Source: Chrysomallon squamiferum
Taxonomy: Eukaryota; Animalia; Mollusca
DNA length: 64,000 bases
Assembly: GCA_012295275.1 (NCBI GenBank)
Contig: CM022665.1
Coordinates: forward strand, 20,398,001-20,462,000
Direction: 5' to 3'
The translations under genes were made by a program, and so were the position numbers. Below are positions 12,399 to 26,617 of this stretch, one piece after another (position 1 is the first letter of the stretch; the number at the start of each line of letters is the position of its first letter). Below the pieces are notes generated by a model. It was not told the DNA's origin. It searched no databases and saw only the letters and a list, made by a program, of their open reading frames with translations.

Positions 12399-13794
12399 TA
12401 ATAAAAGTTATTAATATTTTCTGATTTTACACAAAATCCAGTTGATTTTAACAATAAAGATAAAAAAAATATTCACAAATAAACCTCCTATGAGAATTTT
12501 TTTTTATATTATGAGAAAAATTACAAATAAATTAAATGTACTCAAATGCCAGAATATTAATAATCTTATATTAAAGTGTGCACAGATTGGAATTTCTGTA
12601 TAAAAATTTATAATTTTTGTGCAATTAAACAAAATGTATTTTTTATTAAACTTTAATGCTTATGTGATATTTTTATACCTGATTATTTACCTAATTATAT
12701 TTTTAATTTTCTTTGACAATTTTCTTTATATTAAAGTAATATGTTAATGTGTAAACTTCTGTCATTTTTTATATGTTTTATTAGTTGTTGTTTTTTTCCA
12801 ACAGTACATCTGTTAACTTCTGTAATTATTAAATTATAAACTTCACAGACTTATTTCAAATTAAAATATTTAAAATGCATAAAGAGGACAGGTGAAAGAC
12901 GTGAGGTAAAGAAATGCATACAACAAAAATATATTTTCTTTATCACTGTCATAATCATTCTCATAATTAAAAAAATAAATTAAAAACAAATATATTAAAT
13001 TTAATATCACCAACTGATGAAAATAATAAAATTAATGAAAATAATAAAATTAATGAAAATAATAAAATTAATCCCATCATCACAAACACAGCTTCGTATG
13101 TACCTCACCTAAACTGTTTTAGTGACTTTATTTTGTGTTTCACTGTCTGGGAAAATGTGTATGTTTACCATTAATGTCTTTCTTGTTATACAGAATTGTC
13201 TTTGTATTTTGAAATTTACATCATTTCTACTGGTTTTAAAATTAACTTACATATGTACATTCAAAATATGAAGTTTTCTTTGTCATGTATGATGCAGATT
13301 ACTTTGGGTTTTTTGTTGTTTTTTGAGGTTGGGTTTTCTTTTGTTTTTTTCTGGTCTTTTTGTCTTTCATATTTATGGTTTTTACATCACCCAACTAACC
13401 AACAGTTTAAATCCTCATTGTAAATTTTAATATAATTAATAACAATATTACCTGTACCAAAATACTGGCATTTTATTTTTTTCCGCTGTTTTTCTAATTA
13501 TGTTTTTTAAATCTTTTTAAATTTTTATTTATTTATTTTATTTTTATTTTTTTTCAGGTTTCTTTTCTAATTGTAAATACATCACCAAAAAATATCTTCT
13601 GCTTAAAAACATTTTTCTCATTATTACGCTTATTATTCAAGGAATGTTTCAGAAACAAAAGGCAAAATATGGAATACTGCAGTAAAATTTCAAAATATTT
13701 CAAATTATAAATATAATCTTTAATTTTTTGTTCTCGTAGTTGACGAAGGCACACTTTCTTAACCTAAAATTAACTGAGAAAGGGGAGACAAATC

Positions 13795-16700
13795 TTAGTG
13801 CAAATGATGATAGTTACTCTCCTGTCTAGACTTGTAGAACTTGAATGCTATAATTGCCATGACAACCAGACACGCTCCAAGGAACATTCCTCCGATAAAT
13901 GACACACCATCAAAATGTTGCCCTCCACTGGCTGCTGCTGGCTGTGATGTGGTACCGTTTGTCACTGGGGTAGTGGGAGAAGAGGTTGATGTTGTAGTTG
14001 CGTTGGTAGAAGGAGAAGTTGGTGCTGAAAAATTACAAAACAACAATAAATCAGTCATAAATAAATGATATTGTTAACAGAAAATTTATGAAATATTAAT
14101 CCTATTAATATAAAAAATAATAATATTAAGTATTATTATTCTTATATATCTATATCTATCTATCTATCTAATATTATATTTATGTGCGTGTGCATGCGTG
14201 TGAATATATATAATTATTATCTTTATTATAATATAAATACAGTTATTATTATAATTTTTACAAAAGAATATTAATAGTACAAAATGAATTAATATAAAGA
14301 ACATTTAATACTAATTATTATCATCACAAACTGTGAATAATTTAATAAAATTATTAAAAAGATAAAGACACAAATAAAATTTACATAACTTGCTTTCAAC
14401 AGAAATAACAGAAACGTATTTTCAACTATATTTTCATGTTACAGGAGACTGCTTTTAAATAAATGAGAGTATCAGTGAAAATACCTATCACAGACTACAG
14501 AGTGTAACTGAAATTTTAAAATTTAGTGTGAATGAAATCACACATGATTGCTGGAACTACTGATACACCAACCAGGGGAACATGTTTTTTTTTTAAATGT
14601 TTATTCAGCAATAATGATAATTGATAGATTTGATTTTTGTTAAAAAAAATGATGGTGAAGTCATGTTATGCATGTTAGAACTGTGCAGTGAAGTGTAACT
14701 CGCTTAGTGATTTATAATAATATACTCAACTAAATTATATCTATCTATCAGGGAGTTGACTGAAGAAAGACACACACACATTCACACAAACAAACTAAAC
14801 GTTGTGCTATGATGTAGACAGTGAACTGTAGTTATGTTGACACTGATAACAAGGTTGTACAGTTATGTAGACACTAATAACAAAGTTGTACAGTTACGTA
14901 GACACTGACAACAAATTTGAACAATTATGCTGACACTGATAACAACATTGTATGGATATGCAGACACTGATAACAAATTTGTACAATTATGCTGACACTG
15001 ATAAGAAAGCTGTACCATTAACAGTTTCCTGTTTCAATTAAGAAAAAGAAGTGTTCAAGAAATATATAATTAATGACATTTTACTAAAGTGGTTTCCTAC
15101 TGTGAACAGAATATACAAAACCAATTTGACTAAAAAACAAGTTATGAAACATACAGAAAATTTACATATGGATGTGTTTTTTACATAAAACATGCTATCA
15201 TTTTAAACAAAGTGTTGTGCATGCACATATTTTATACATGGGTTATGTTGTTTACATAAAATATGCAGACACTTTACACAAAGTGTTATGAATGTTCAGA
15301 TTTTAAACCTGAATATAGTTTACATAAAGCATGCTGACATTTTACACAAAGTGTTATGCATGCACATATTTTACACATGGATTGTTGTTTACATAAAACA
15401 TGCAGACATTTTACACAAAGTGTAATGAATGCATAGATTTTACTTATTGACTTTGGTGCAGTTACATATGTACAGCTTCTTTACATGACCATTGCACAGA
15501 TGTCAGAAATTAAATTTTACATACTCGTCGCTGATGTTGATGATGTTGAAGTTGGTGTTGCTGTTGTAGAACTAGTTGTAGCTGAAACAGCATAAATAAT
15601 ATATCAATCAGATTTTATTTAACAGATTCTTGATTTAGTTTTTGTTTTGGTGGTGGGGGTTGGGGCTGTTGCTGTTTTCTGGGGTGTATTTTTTTATTTG
15701 TTTTATTATTATTCTTAAATGGTTTTGGGTTTGTTTGTTGTTGTTTTTGCAAAATGCCTCTGTACATGTGACATATGATAATGTACGTACACATGTCTTT
15801 CTTGCTTTAAAAAATAAAAAATAAATTTAATTTAAAAAAAAGAAAAGAAAAACTGAATATTAAAATGACTGTTTACTTACAGGTTGTACTGGTACTGGTA
15901 CTGGTACTGGTACTGGTACTGGTACTGGTATTGGTTGTTGCATTACCTGCAAATAAACCATATCAATTTAATATACATGTTAATTAAACTATAAAAAATT
16001 GCTGGGTCTGTTTTTGGGTGGATTTTCTAGAAGGTAAATAATGACTGTGTGTTTGTGGTTAATCAAAGACAGGGATAAATTTTCACATTACTTGTGAATT
16101 AAATACAATTAATGGCTGCATGTTCCTAAGTGTTTATCAAAGATTGAAGTACATTAGTTGTAAATTAAATATTAGTAACAACTATGTGTTTACAAATGGT
16201 TCATGAAAGACAGGAGTAAACCTTCTCATAATTTAAAAATTAAAATGTGTCTTCTATCATCATTATGTTTCACTCATTATTAAAACATTCTTTCTTTCTT
16301 CTAAAATATTTGAAACACACAATTTAACCACAAATGAAGGTACTGAATTTCTAAAATATTTACAACACATTAGATAACTATCATTTCAGTGATATAAGGC
16401 ACTGAACTTTTAAAATATTCAGAACATATTAGATAACTATTATACAAGGTACTGAACTTCTAAAATATTTTAATTAGCAGGTAAGAAACTGAATATCTAA
16501 AATAATAATAACACATTATTTAAAAGATTTAACAAGAAACTGAACTAACAAATTAAGGCAGGTTAAATTGAAATAATCAGCAAAAGCACTTACCTTGACA
16601 AACAAGGTTACATCCAGTTATGGTGGAAGATAATGGCTTACAAACTTTAGTGGAAAAAAAAAAAAAATTGTTAATTGCTTTATTTTTTTTTTTTTTTTAA

Positions 16701-19700
16701 ATATAACTTTGCTGACAGTCAAAATACATTTTGCTAACTTCCAAGATGTTTTATTCTTTTTTTTTATTATCGGTGGGGTTGTTTTTTTTTGGGGGGAGGG
16801 TAATTTTTATTTATTTTTTTTTTTTTTTGATGCCCAATCTATTAACGATGTACAAATTTAAAAATGCTGCCATTGTAATGCAATCTAGAGCCATAATTTT
16901 TTTTTTTTTTTATCTCGTGAGAAAAATATTTAAATTTCTTTGATGAGTATAGTTTAAAAACTTTTTTCTTTTTTACTGTTGTCAGTAAAATATTTCATAT
17001 TCCTTAATGTGTCTAGTTTTAATGTGAGTCAGTAAATTTCTTTTCTGCATCTGTGTTAAAACGAGGTCAATTGTTAAACAGAAAACAACAAATACTTTAC
17101 AAAATGAGTCTCTACATTTCAAAATTATAAAATATACAACTTATTTTTACTCAAATCAGTACCTGTACACTTTTTGCTAAAATATACACTACATTTACTC
17201 AAATGTAAAGTTTCATTTTGTTACACTGGTAAGAATCCACAAACAAATGATAGTCTTTATACCATCATCAGCTACATAGTTTTATGATTTAACAACACAA
17301 TGTGAGTCAATACAAAATAAAATGTACACAACTGATTTTCAACATGCTTAAAGTCTACAACCTCTTGTAGATCAGAAAAAATTATAATCTGGCATTTTAG
17401 ATTTACATTTACTGGGGTTTTTATAAGAGTTATATAATGTAGTTGCTCTCAGGTGTAATGTTGAATTTTTTTTTTTTTTTTTTTATATTTATCATTTTTT
17501 AATTTTATTATTGTTATTATTATTATTAATATATGCAGGAAACAGCTTTCTGGAAAACTGGTGGTGTACCTGTATCTTGCTATACACTGAATTTTATTAA
17601 CAAGTTGTGTATTAATATTTAACTAAAGGTTATAAATGAATATTTAATTAATGTGTTATACATCAACCTTTTATTAACATTATACATCAATATTTTGTTA
17701 ATGTTACTAATATTTAACTAATGTATTATATATCAACATTTAATATTTAATATTTAACATTTAATATTTAATCAATATGTTATATATCTATATTTAACTA
17801 ACACGTTACGAATCAGTATTTCTTTAATGTGTTTTATATTAATATTTATTTAATATGTAATATATCATTATATAATTAACAATAATAAATATTAATTTTT
17901 AATCACCAACCTTCTGTCGAACAGTTAACAAACTGGCAGTTCACATCACTACAGCAGGTTGATCCAGTTTTGTACTGTGTACAGTTTGCAGCTGTTGATA
18001 AATAAATAAATAAATAACATTTTTTAGAAAACAAAACAGTAACTACCTCAACCAAACAAGTGACCAGTCTAAAATAAAGGGATGTTAAGGTAATCAAAAA
18101 TACATGTGTTATTATATTTTTGAAATTTTGTTATGCCTATCTGAAGACTTTTAATGGTGAATTTAAATCTGAAGCAATATTCATTATAAAACTTCTATTT
18201 GTGGAATTTGTGCTGTACATCTTTGACTAATACTTTGTGATGTAATCTTTGACCAAAAAAACCCCAAAACATGAAATTTGATTCAATATATCCCAAATAT
18301 TTATGATAACAGAACTACTGTTTTAATGCATCTTCATTATTTACACAGATGTACATTAACATATGAAAATTATTTTTTCACTAATTCATTTCTTTTTCTT
18401 TTTTTCTTCTTTTTTAAAATGTTTTTACCTGGTCCTGTGGTAGTTGAGACTGTTGAAGTCGTAATGTTTGCAGCTGAAATTAATGCAATATGATACAAGC
18501 ATCTGAATATAAAGGTAATTAATTGGTGGTAAAATCAGTAAATCATTCACTGTATGGTAAATAATTTAAACGTTAATAATATTAATGTCATTAAGTCTGA
18601 TGCTGCGACCATAGGTCAATCAGCAACATCACCCACATCACCTAATAAAATGGTGTGAAATAATAATTAAAAATAACATTAAAAATCTGCTTCTAAAACA
18701 GGATTTGTCCCAAAGTTGTATGACAATCATAGATTTTAAACATCTTTGTTGATTACCACACAGTAAATTACTTTGTGCTTTAACACACTTAACCTATTAA
18801 AAAAAATAATAAAAGAAATTAAAAACATTTAATAGACCATATAAAGAAAGCAATGACTTATAAGATCAACTCACCTGCGATTGTCCCGTTGGCAGGATTT
18901 GTAGTGGTTGTTCCTGAAATTAACAATCACTTGTTTTTAAACTGAAAAACCATCAGATATGGGGAAAAAAAAAAAAAATAAAAATAAAAATGATAATGAA
19001 AAATATCAAATGTGAAAAAAATTAGGTCAAAATTACAATTAAAAAAACCCAAGTGTTTACAAATAGGATGCTTTGTTGTGAAAAGTTGTAATCACTAATT
19101 ATTATATGTGGTATATTTCTTTTGTATGACTGACCATAGGATCAGTTCACACTGATACTCACAGTTACAGTAATACTCACACAATGTTACTGACACTGGT
19201 ATTCACACTGATACAGCATTAAACTACTACTCACGCTAGTACTCCCTCATACCAATATTCAGTGTTTCTCACACTGGTACACATAATCATTCATTGGTAT
19301 TCACATCGATACTCACACTAGTACTCACACCAATACTCATAATATTACTCACACTGAGATATTTTTAACCAACACTCTTCACTTATAATTTATTAAATGT
19401 CGGTTCTAGTGTTGTGCTTTCTAGCAGTCATGCACTAACAACTTTAATTTTAACATGACATGTTGTTAAACAGGCGTCACAGAGCTTTAGTGTGTACACA
19501 GTTTTGACAAATGTCTTACCATATGTCAGTCAAGCTGATTAAAAAACACAAATTAAACATGGCAGTAATATAAATTTTCCATATTTCTAATATTCTAAAT
19601 AAGTGCAGCACAGAGGGTCCTCTTTATGTATGCTGTTTCATACATACATCAGCAACAAATAAGGGACAATATTTCAGTTAACATCCTTTGTTTCACAGCT

Positions 19701-20258
19701 ATGTCAGCTTGAACAGATAAAAAGCATTTAGTGAGCAGTGTTTGAATACTGCCATGACAGTAATTCTCACTGTTTTCGGGTGGGTTTCTGTATATTTATT
19801 TTTATTGTTTATACTGTAAAAAAGTTGTATGTTACACATTTACTATCATTTGCAGGTACACTACAGTATATTTATGTAAATTAAGTGATCTACATTAATT
19901 CCTTGTTACCTGTTGTTTACATGATTTGTCATGTCTACAAGGTATAACCTGAACCATCTGTAAAGTTTTTATTATGTTTTTCTACTTTGGATTTCTGTTC
20001 CTGTCTTTCTTACTTTCTTTTTCTTTTCTTTTTTTCACAACATAGTATGCTGTGTCTATTCTCTGGAAGAATGAAAAATTCCACCAGGTAGACAGACATA
20101 CCTGCTCATACATTTCCATCAATTTTTGCTAATTAATAATGTGTTGTTTTTTCCCCCAAGATTCAGAAAGAAAATTCATTACTATTCAGAGTTACATTCA
20201 CAATAATGATGGTATTTCTATTTATCAATACTCGTTCTATCCTTGCTGGGCTTTAAAT

Positions 20259-20303
<45 letters not shown>

Positions 20304-20946
20304 GAAAAACGAAGGAAATATTTTATGTAACAAAAAACTTGGAGACATTTTTATTAAATTATATGGCATCAGACATATTATGTTATGTACTAATATAACA
20401 AATCTAGTATGATGTTTAACAGTAATTAATTAATGCAATAAATATTTGGATGATGATTATTCATTATCTGTAATCCTGTAATCAATCTTTATCATATAAA
20501 TTTTAATTTTATGTTTTTTAATTATACAAACATTAAATTTATGTCATAAAATAAATTATATATTAATTTGTAACTTCCCCAATTAATTTCATAACTTTTA
20601 AATAAATTATATAGCTGGCTATAAATATAGCACAAAAAAGCAACAATTGACATTTATTTCATTTCTTTTAATCTTATTAATATTTCAAAAAAGGTTTTGG
20701 CTATAACCAGATAAACTGCGCAATAACATAGGTGTTGTATGACATTCTGAACTAATATTATCAATATGACAATAATATTACAGGAAACGAAACTACTAAC
20801 TAGTGAGTAATGGCGATATGGATGTCACGTCATACGCAGGCCGATTTCAACACACAACGATTGAATTACTTACCATTACCACTGTTAAACAAGAACACAA
20901 ATATAACAACAAGGACAAACGAAAAGTCTGAAATTATCTGCTTCAT
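13795..20946 (-). CDS. CD164: CD164/endolyn-like sialomucin, ~213 aa, 8 coding exons
   Basis: Exons (-): 20874-20946 (signal peptide MKQIISDFSFVLVVIFVFLFNSGNG), 18875-18913, 18429-18473, 17911-17991, 16594-16644, 15881-15946, 15525-15581, 13795-14024. All introns are phase-1 GT-AG. Architecture: mucin / 8-Cys domain / mucin / FDGVSFIGG TM motif / tail KFYKSRQESNYHHLH (human CD164: FDAASFIGG...NYHTL). Confidence 0.88.
14800..15015. repeat. Intronic 29-bp minisatellite (~7 copies; gacactgataacaaagttgtacagttatg)
   Basis: Direct repeats. The unit is not a multiple of 3. Confidence 0.8.
15140..15445. repeat. Intronic ~68-bp degenerate tandem repeat (tttacataaaacatgc...ttttacacaaagtgttatg)
   Basis: Four to five visible copies. 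Confidence 0.7.
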
Positions 20947-21358
20947 TCTGGCGAACAACGTCTACTAAAATATTCGAGATCTGAAAAGTTTGTCTTCTCT
21001 CTACTGCGGCGTCAACAGTTTGACTAGTTCAAGGACATCTGTTGAATAGAATTTTTATTTCGAAATCTGAAAGCGCAATGCTACATGTGTGATTTGTGTA
21101 GTTTGTTTCACGACTGTAAAACATGTATGCTGTAAATTATATTAATGCGTTTGTGTCTGTGTATTGAACAGGACTACTCTATATACAGTAGTTAAAAAGA
21201 TGACATACACACGGTTGAATATATTTTTATTACAGAATTATATTCCGATTATACAACTGGATATGAAACTCAGCTACATTTAATATAAATATTTCATAAA
21301 ATCAACAACGCTACAATCTCTTTTTTAAAATGTCATATATATATATATATATATATAT

Positions 21359-22073
21359 GGTATATTCCCAAAACTGGCAGTCTCCAGATTAAGTAATCGG
21401 TGAGGTGTTCAAATCCGCTTCCAGAAATGGGGAAACTTTAATGAGCAATGAAGAGCAGAGGTGAGCCGGAACAGATATTGCAAGAAAATTAATGTTTGGA
21501 GACATGAAATTAATGTTGTATCTCACTGAGACATGTGGAGTTAACAAGATCAATTAAGAGATGTATAAAATTTAGAGACAGGAAGAACTTTTGGACGGCA
21601 GAAAACCAGGTGCGGACCTCATACTTGATAGATATAGGTATGCACTGCGGATTAATAACAAGAATGGTACGGCACCATGGAGATGTTTGTATCCGAGGCG
21701 CCTTGCCACCGTGGTTACTACACCGGATGGGACTGGGGTCAGGAGAGGTAAAGACCACATCCATTCCTCGGATGAGAGCGAAGTTGTTCTCCACCTACTG
21801 ACCAACACCATGCGGAAGCGAGCACGGGAGGAGCTGATCAATATCCCAAAGATATATGAGGAGGAGAGGAAGAAGTTGTTGTAGAGTGTGACTGATTGTC
21901 CAACAAATTGTGGACAAAATACAGTTTAACAAAAGTACATCAATTAAGGTTACGGAACACCAATTAATAAGGGTGAGAAATAAAATGCCAGAAATGGAAT
22001 AAATGGCGTGTCCAATTAAAATGTGTTATAATCTCACTGCCAGATTCGGGAATGCCAGAATCGGGAATAAACC
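21359..22073 (+). mobile_element. Non-autonomous Mutator-like (MULE) element with decayed FLYWCH zinc-finger ORF, inserted in (TA)n
   Basis: Imperfect 20-bp TIRs: ggtatattcccaaaactggc at 21359 vs the reverse complement of gccagaatcgggaataaacc ending 22073 (16/20). (TA)n runs flank both ends. Internal ORF 21591-21884 reads LILDRYRY..N.NGTAPWRC....A.V.T....G..HIH...MRKRAREE..IPKIYEEE, a FLYWCH-like N-terminus of animal MULE transposases with the second Cys lost. Confidence 0.75.
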
Positions 22074-22652
22074 ATATATATATATATAAAACAGAAATAT
22101 ATATATATATATATATAGAAAAGTCAGTATATATATATATATATATCTAAACACTGCAGTGTAGTGAACATACAAATAAAACATAATTTAAACAATATTT
22201 TCTGTTTTGGTACAAAACATATTAATTATAATTTAACCCGTGAAAAGAGAAGAGAGAAAAATTAAAAGAAAAGCCATGAATGAATGTCAGTATTATTGTT
22301 GACAAGTGACTGATCGATTAATCGATCGATTAACTAATTGGTGGACTAACTGATTGATTGATGTACTAGCATTGCAAAAGTATACATACCTACAACGATA
22401 CATATGTTACTGAAATATATATCAGACTAACTATTCACGCTTTAAATTTTTATTATACGAACAAAACCACGCCTTTTGATATAATTATATGTAATATTAA
22501 ATTTACATATATGAATATACACATCCATGCATACAAATAGATGAGCTATAGAAAAATGATCAGCCATAAAAATCCAATTTAAATAAATAAATAAAAGTAA
22601 AACATTGGCATTTAATAGTGACATGACATACAATAATATCCAGTTTAACCCT

Positions 22653-22690
<38 letters not shown>

Positions 22691-22746
22691 TTAATAATAA
22701 TAATACAATATAAAATGAATTTAAAAAGTAAAATGATCACGCTCGT

Positions 22747-25193
22747 TTACATAGACTTGTAACCTTCTTTTTTCTTGGTTAGGTGCATGTAATAACGAAA
22801 CAGAAAGAAACACAAAATTGGAATTGCTACTCCCAGCGCGACTCCTCCGATAAATGAACCGACGTCAAATCCATGGATGGCCGGCTTTGGCGTTACCGGC
22901 CCTTTCGTTGTACTTTCTGTCTTCGCTGAAAGAAAAACTTTCGATACTATTATGTCTGTACTACAGACATGTAAAATGGACAGACAGATAGAGAGAAATA
23001 TAAAATGGTCAGACAGAAAGAAAAATAACAGACAGACAGACGTAATATAAAATGGACAGACAGACAGAAATGTAACAAATTGACAAACAGATATATGGAC
23101 TTACTGTTAGGTACATGCAGGACAACAACAAAGATTCAATGGGGGGAGAGAGAAAAAGAGAGAGAGAGAGAGGGTTGTAATACTGATGTAAATGTCGAAG
23201 GTAGTCTGGATACTAAAGATGGTTCTGTGGGTACAAGAAGATACTAAAGATGGTACTGCATTTATTGAGACAGATAGCGAACCTGATGGTGAAGTCTCAC
23301 TGGATCCTGCATCTGTAGTCTCAGTAAATGTAGATCTAGTGTGTGTTGATCCTGTATATGTTGACTCAGTGTTCGTAGATCCGGTATGTGTTGACTCAGT
23401 GTTCGTAGATCCGGTATGTGTTGACTCAGTGTTCGTAGATCCGGTATGTGTTGACTCAGTGTTCGTAGATCCGGTATGTGTTGACTCAGTGTTCGTAGAT
23501 CCGGTATGTGTTGCCTCAGTGTTCGTAGATCCGGTATGTGTTGCCTCAGTGTTCGTAGATCCGGTATGTGTTGACTCAGTGTTCGTAGATCCGGTATGTG
23601 TTGACTCAGTGTTCGTAGATCCGGTATGTGTTGACTCAGTCTGTGTAGAGGCATTATTTAGCAGCTCAGTCTGTGACGATATGGTGTTCACTGTTTTAGT
23701 GGATTCTGGAGTTTCTGATCCGATCGATGTGGGCGACGTTGTGTCTTCAGTCGTGAGTTCATCACTGGACGTTAAACTTGTAACAGGGGCTGCTAAAACC
23801 AACAACACCATTAGTAACATCAGAGGTTTATTTATTATAATTTTTTTATTATTATTAATCTGTCTATTTATCTATCTAGCTAGCTATGTACCTATCTGCC
23901 TACATGTCTACCTTTGATCAGTAACCACGTCGTTTAACTGCAGATTAAAATAATAAGTCGTTAAATAAAACAATTTCCCATCCATCTGTCTTCCGTTCAT
24001 TTTAGAGATTTATTTCTTACTTAATACTTGTTGTTGTTGCTGGGTTTTGTTGGGTTTTTTTTAATACTTGAAATTAGATATTAGATATATAGAGAGACAG
24101 ACAAAGAGACGGATTAATGCATTGATACATATAATGTAATATATGTCACGGTAGACAAATATTTATAAACTGACCTTTGCCGGTTCTGTGTGTATAATGA
24201 TAAACATGTATCAGTAGTAAAAACTGATATCTAGCGACTGTACAGAAATAAAATATTTACATTGTTTTTGTTTCTTAAGGAAAGATATACAGTGACAGTA
24301 TCACATATTTTTAATTTATTCTATTTTTATTTTATTTATTTATTTATTTATTTATTTTATGATTTATATATGTATTTCTTGAAGAATATAAATGAAGAAT
24401 TATATTGGTCTGTTATTATCATCATCATCATTATTATCATGACGCTGTGCATGTATATATATGACGCACATACGTATTGTTTGTATATGTTTACCTTTAT
24501 GTATGTATATATATATATATAGGTGTGTGTGTGTGTGTATACATTAGCACTGTTTAAGTATCAATGTATGCCTCTCTATGTGTGTACGTGAGCATGTTAT
24601 ATTTACTGGTATGTGGTTTGTATGTACATTTATGTTTGTGTATATTCCTGTATGTACGTATATATGTATGTATGCATGTATGAATGTATTTGTGTATGTA
24701 GGTGTAGGTACATATGTATGTATGTATTTTAGGATTTTGAATATTTTCTGTTATATGTACGTCTGATTAGATTCTGCACATAGACAATATTCGGGAACGC
24801 ACTGGCGGTGTAGGACAAAGTCTAATCACGACCTCAGAAACCCCGTCAGATGCCGTTGACGAGACTCGAACGTATGGCACCCATTCGCCCGGAATCCGAA
24901 GGCAGACAACGTTAACGTTCGGCCATCTAGACAACCTTACGTACGTACGTATGTAAATATGTATGTATGTATGCGTGTATGCATGTGTCTGTGCGTGTCT
25001 ATGTATGTATGTACGTACGTACGTACAAGACTAAATTGAACACTGGTAATTTAAAATCACAGATCATTTTGATTAAATTAAAGACTTTAAAAAATAAAAA
25101 CAAATTACCTGTTGTCACATGGGATACGCCTCCAAATAAGAAACAGGTAAGACAAAAGATGAAGGTAAATTTACACATTTCCGTGTTGTCCAT
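22747..25193 (-). CDS. Second CD164/porimin(TMEM123)-family mucin-like type I membrane protein with a 10-aa tandem repeat, ~257 aa
   Basis: Exons (-): 25109-25193 (signal peptide MDNTEMCKFTFIFCLTCFLFGGVSHVTT), optional 24175-24237, 23283-23792 (S/T-rich, TESTHTGSTN repeats; weak gttcgc donor), 22747-22925 (AKTESTTKGPVTPKPAIHGFDVGSFIGGVALGVAIPILCFFLFRYYMHLTKKKEGYKSM*). Introns are phase 1, and the FDxxSFIGG family motif is present. Confidence 0.8.
23320..23645 (-). repeat. Coding 30-bp VNTR (~10 near-perfect copies) encoding TESTHTGSTN
   Basis: tccggtatgtgttgactcagtgttcgtaga repeats every 30 bp. Two copies carry a change giving TEATH. Confidence 0.95.
24765..24936 (-). mobile_element. tRNA-derived SINE-like element (intronic)
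   Basis: The minus strand reads ggttgtctagaTGGCCGAACGtt...acGTTCGAGTCtc, giving Pol III A- and B-box-like motifs in a GC-richer block embedded in tatg/acgt microsatellite. No intact cloverleaf is apparent. Confidence 0.5.
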
Positions 25194-25742
25194 GATGATG
25201 TACTGATGGTGTGTACTTTTCTTTACAAATATTTCACAATTAGCAGATTAATATGGCGAACCAGTTTCATAGAGAGGTGTGAGGTTAAAGGCTGCTCAGA
25301 TTATCAGTCTCTTTCGTAATATACACGTGACTATGATTTGATAAGTGTAAGCAATAATGTTAAGTTACGCTGTCACTGGTCGTGAGACTGGCAGGTTTCT
25401 GGGATCGTGTCTTCTTAGACTGCCTTCAGTTTGCTGAAAGGTACAAAGACTTTTTTTTTTTTTTAGTGAGCAAACCCTGGTCAGTTAACTATTGCTCACG
25501 CCATCGTCTTGCAAAAATAGTCTCTAGAGTATGGCGTATGAATACACCCAAGACAAAACATACCGAGATCTGAAGTGTGTGTTAGTAACTTTTAGGAAAA
25601 CGTTATCTGTACACTGTTATCATACGTGTAAGATACCTTGAAGGACATGACCGGCTATAGGACGCTTCATCATGTATTTGAGATCTTCAAAATATAAAGT
25701 GAAAAATGTTAAATAAATATATAAATAACGACAACAACAACA

Positions 25743-25809
<67 letters not shown>

Positions 25810-26617
25810 TAACAATAATAATAATAATAAATAAATAAATAAATAAATATTAAACAACAAAAGAGAAAAATGGCTGCCTGCAGTTATTTGTTTTCTCTAT
25901 ATAAAACGTTTATTATCTGATTAAAAAAAAGAAAAAAAAAAAGGTTTTACTGTGTGGCGTTAAATTGTCGAAAATCTCATTACTAATTGTTAATGTTATG
26001 GGATCAAACTGTGAAAATGAAAAGACAAAAGAAATTATCACGACCATCAGCCGATATTAAATTGAACAGGATGCTAAAAACAATAGGACCGCCGTCCCTG
26101 TTGAATGATGCTGAAGTCCAGTACAAATATCTAGATAGGTAATGTTCTGGAACGTGCACACTAATAAACACTTAACAATGAGTACTTTATGTGTCCTTTA
26201 CACGCTGAGCTGTACACTAAATAAATAAACTCCTCAATAAGCTGATTGACTGCGCCAGTTTCTTACTTTTTCTGGAAATGTGTGTGTGGGGGGGTATGTG
26301 TGCGTGTGTGTGTTCGTGTGTGAGTTGTTTGTATTTGCTTGTGTGTATATTTGAGTATGAAAATATGTGTGCGTGTTTATATATTTGTATATGTGAGTGG
26401 TTTATGTATTTATGTATGTATGTGTATGTCTGTGTGAATGTCAGTAAACATATTAACAACACAGAACACACACTGAGATAAAAAGATGTTTCTAATCACA
26501 ATAGGCAGTTAAAAAAAAGTCCTGAAGTTAACGTGTAATATGAAACTGGTCTATCCCAAATGTCAATTTATTTAACATACATGTGCAGCTTGCCGCAAAT
26601 TGTGCATGACATTAATT

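Noticed and set aside
14800-15030. Extra mucin exon of the CD164-like gene
   Set aside because: The 29-bp unit breaks frame and introduces stops on the minus strand, so it is treated as intronic.
23192-23917. 241-aa plus-strand ORF (VDPVCVDSVF repeats) and 130-aa alternative-frame minus ORF
   Set aside because: These are shadows of the 30-bp coding VNTR. The S/T-rich minus frame fits the spliced mucin gene.
24765-24936. Functional tRNA gene
   Set aside because: A/B-box-like motifs are present but I could not fold an acceptor stem or cloverleaf. A SINE relic is more likely.
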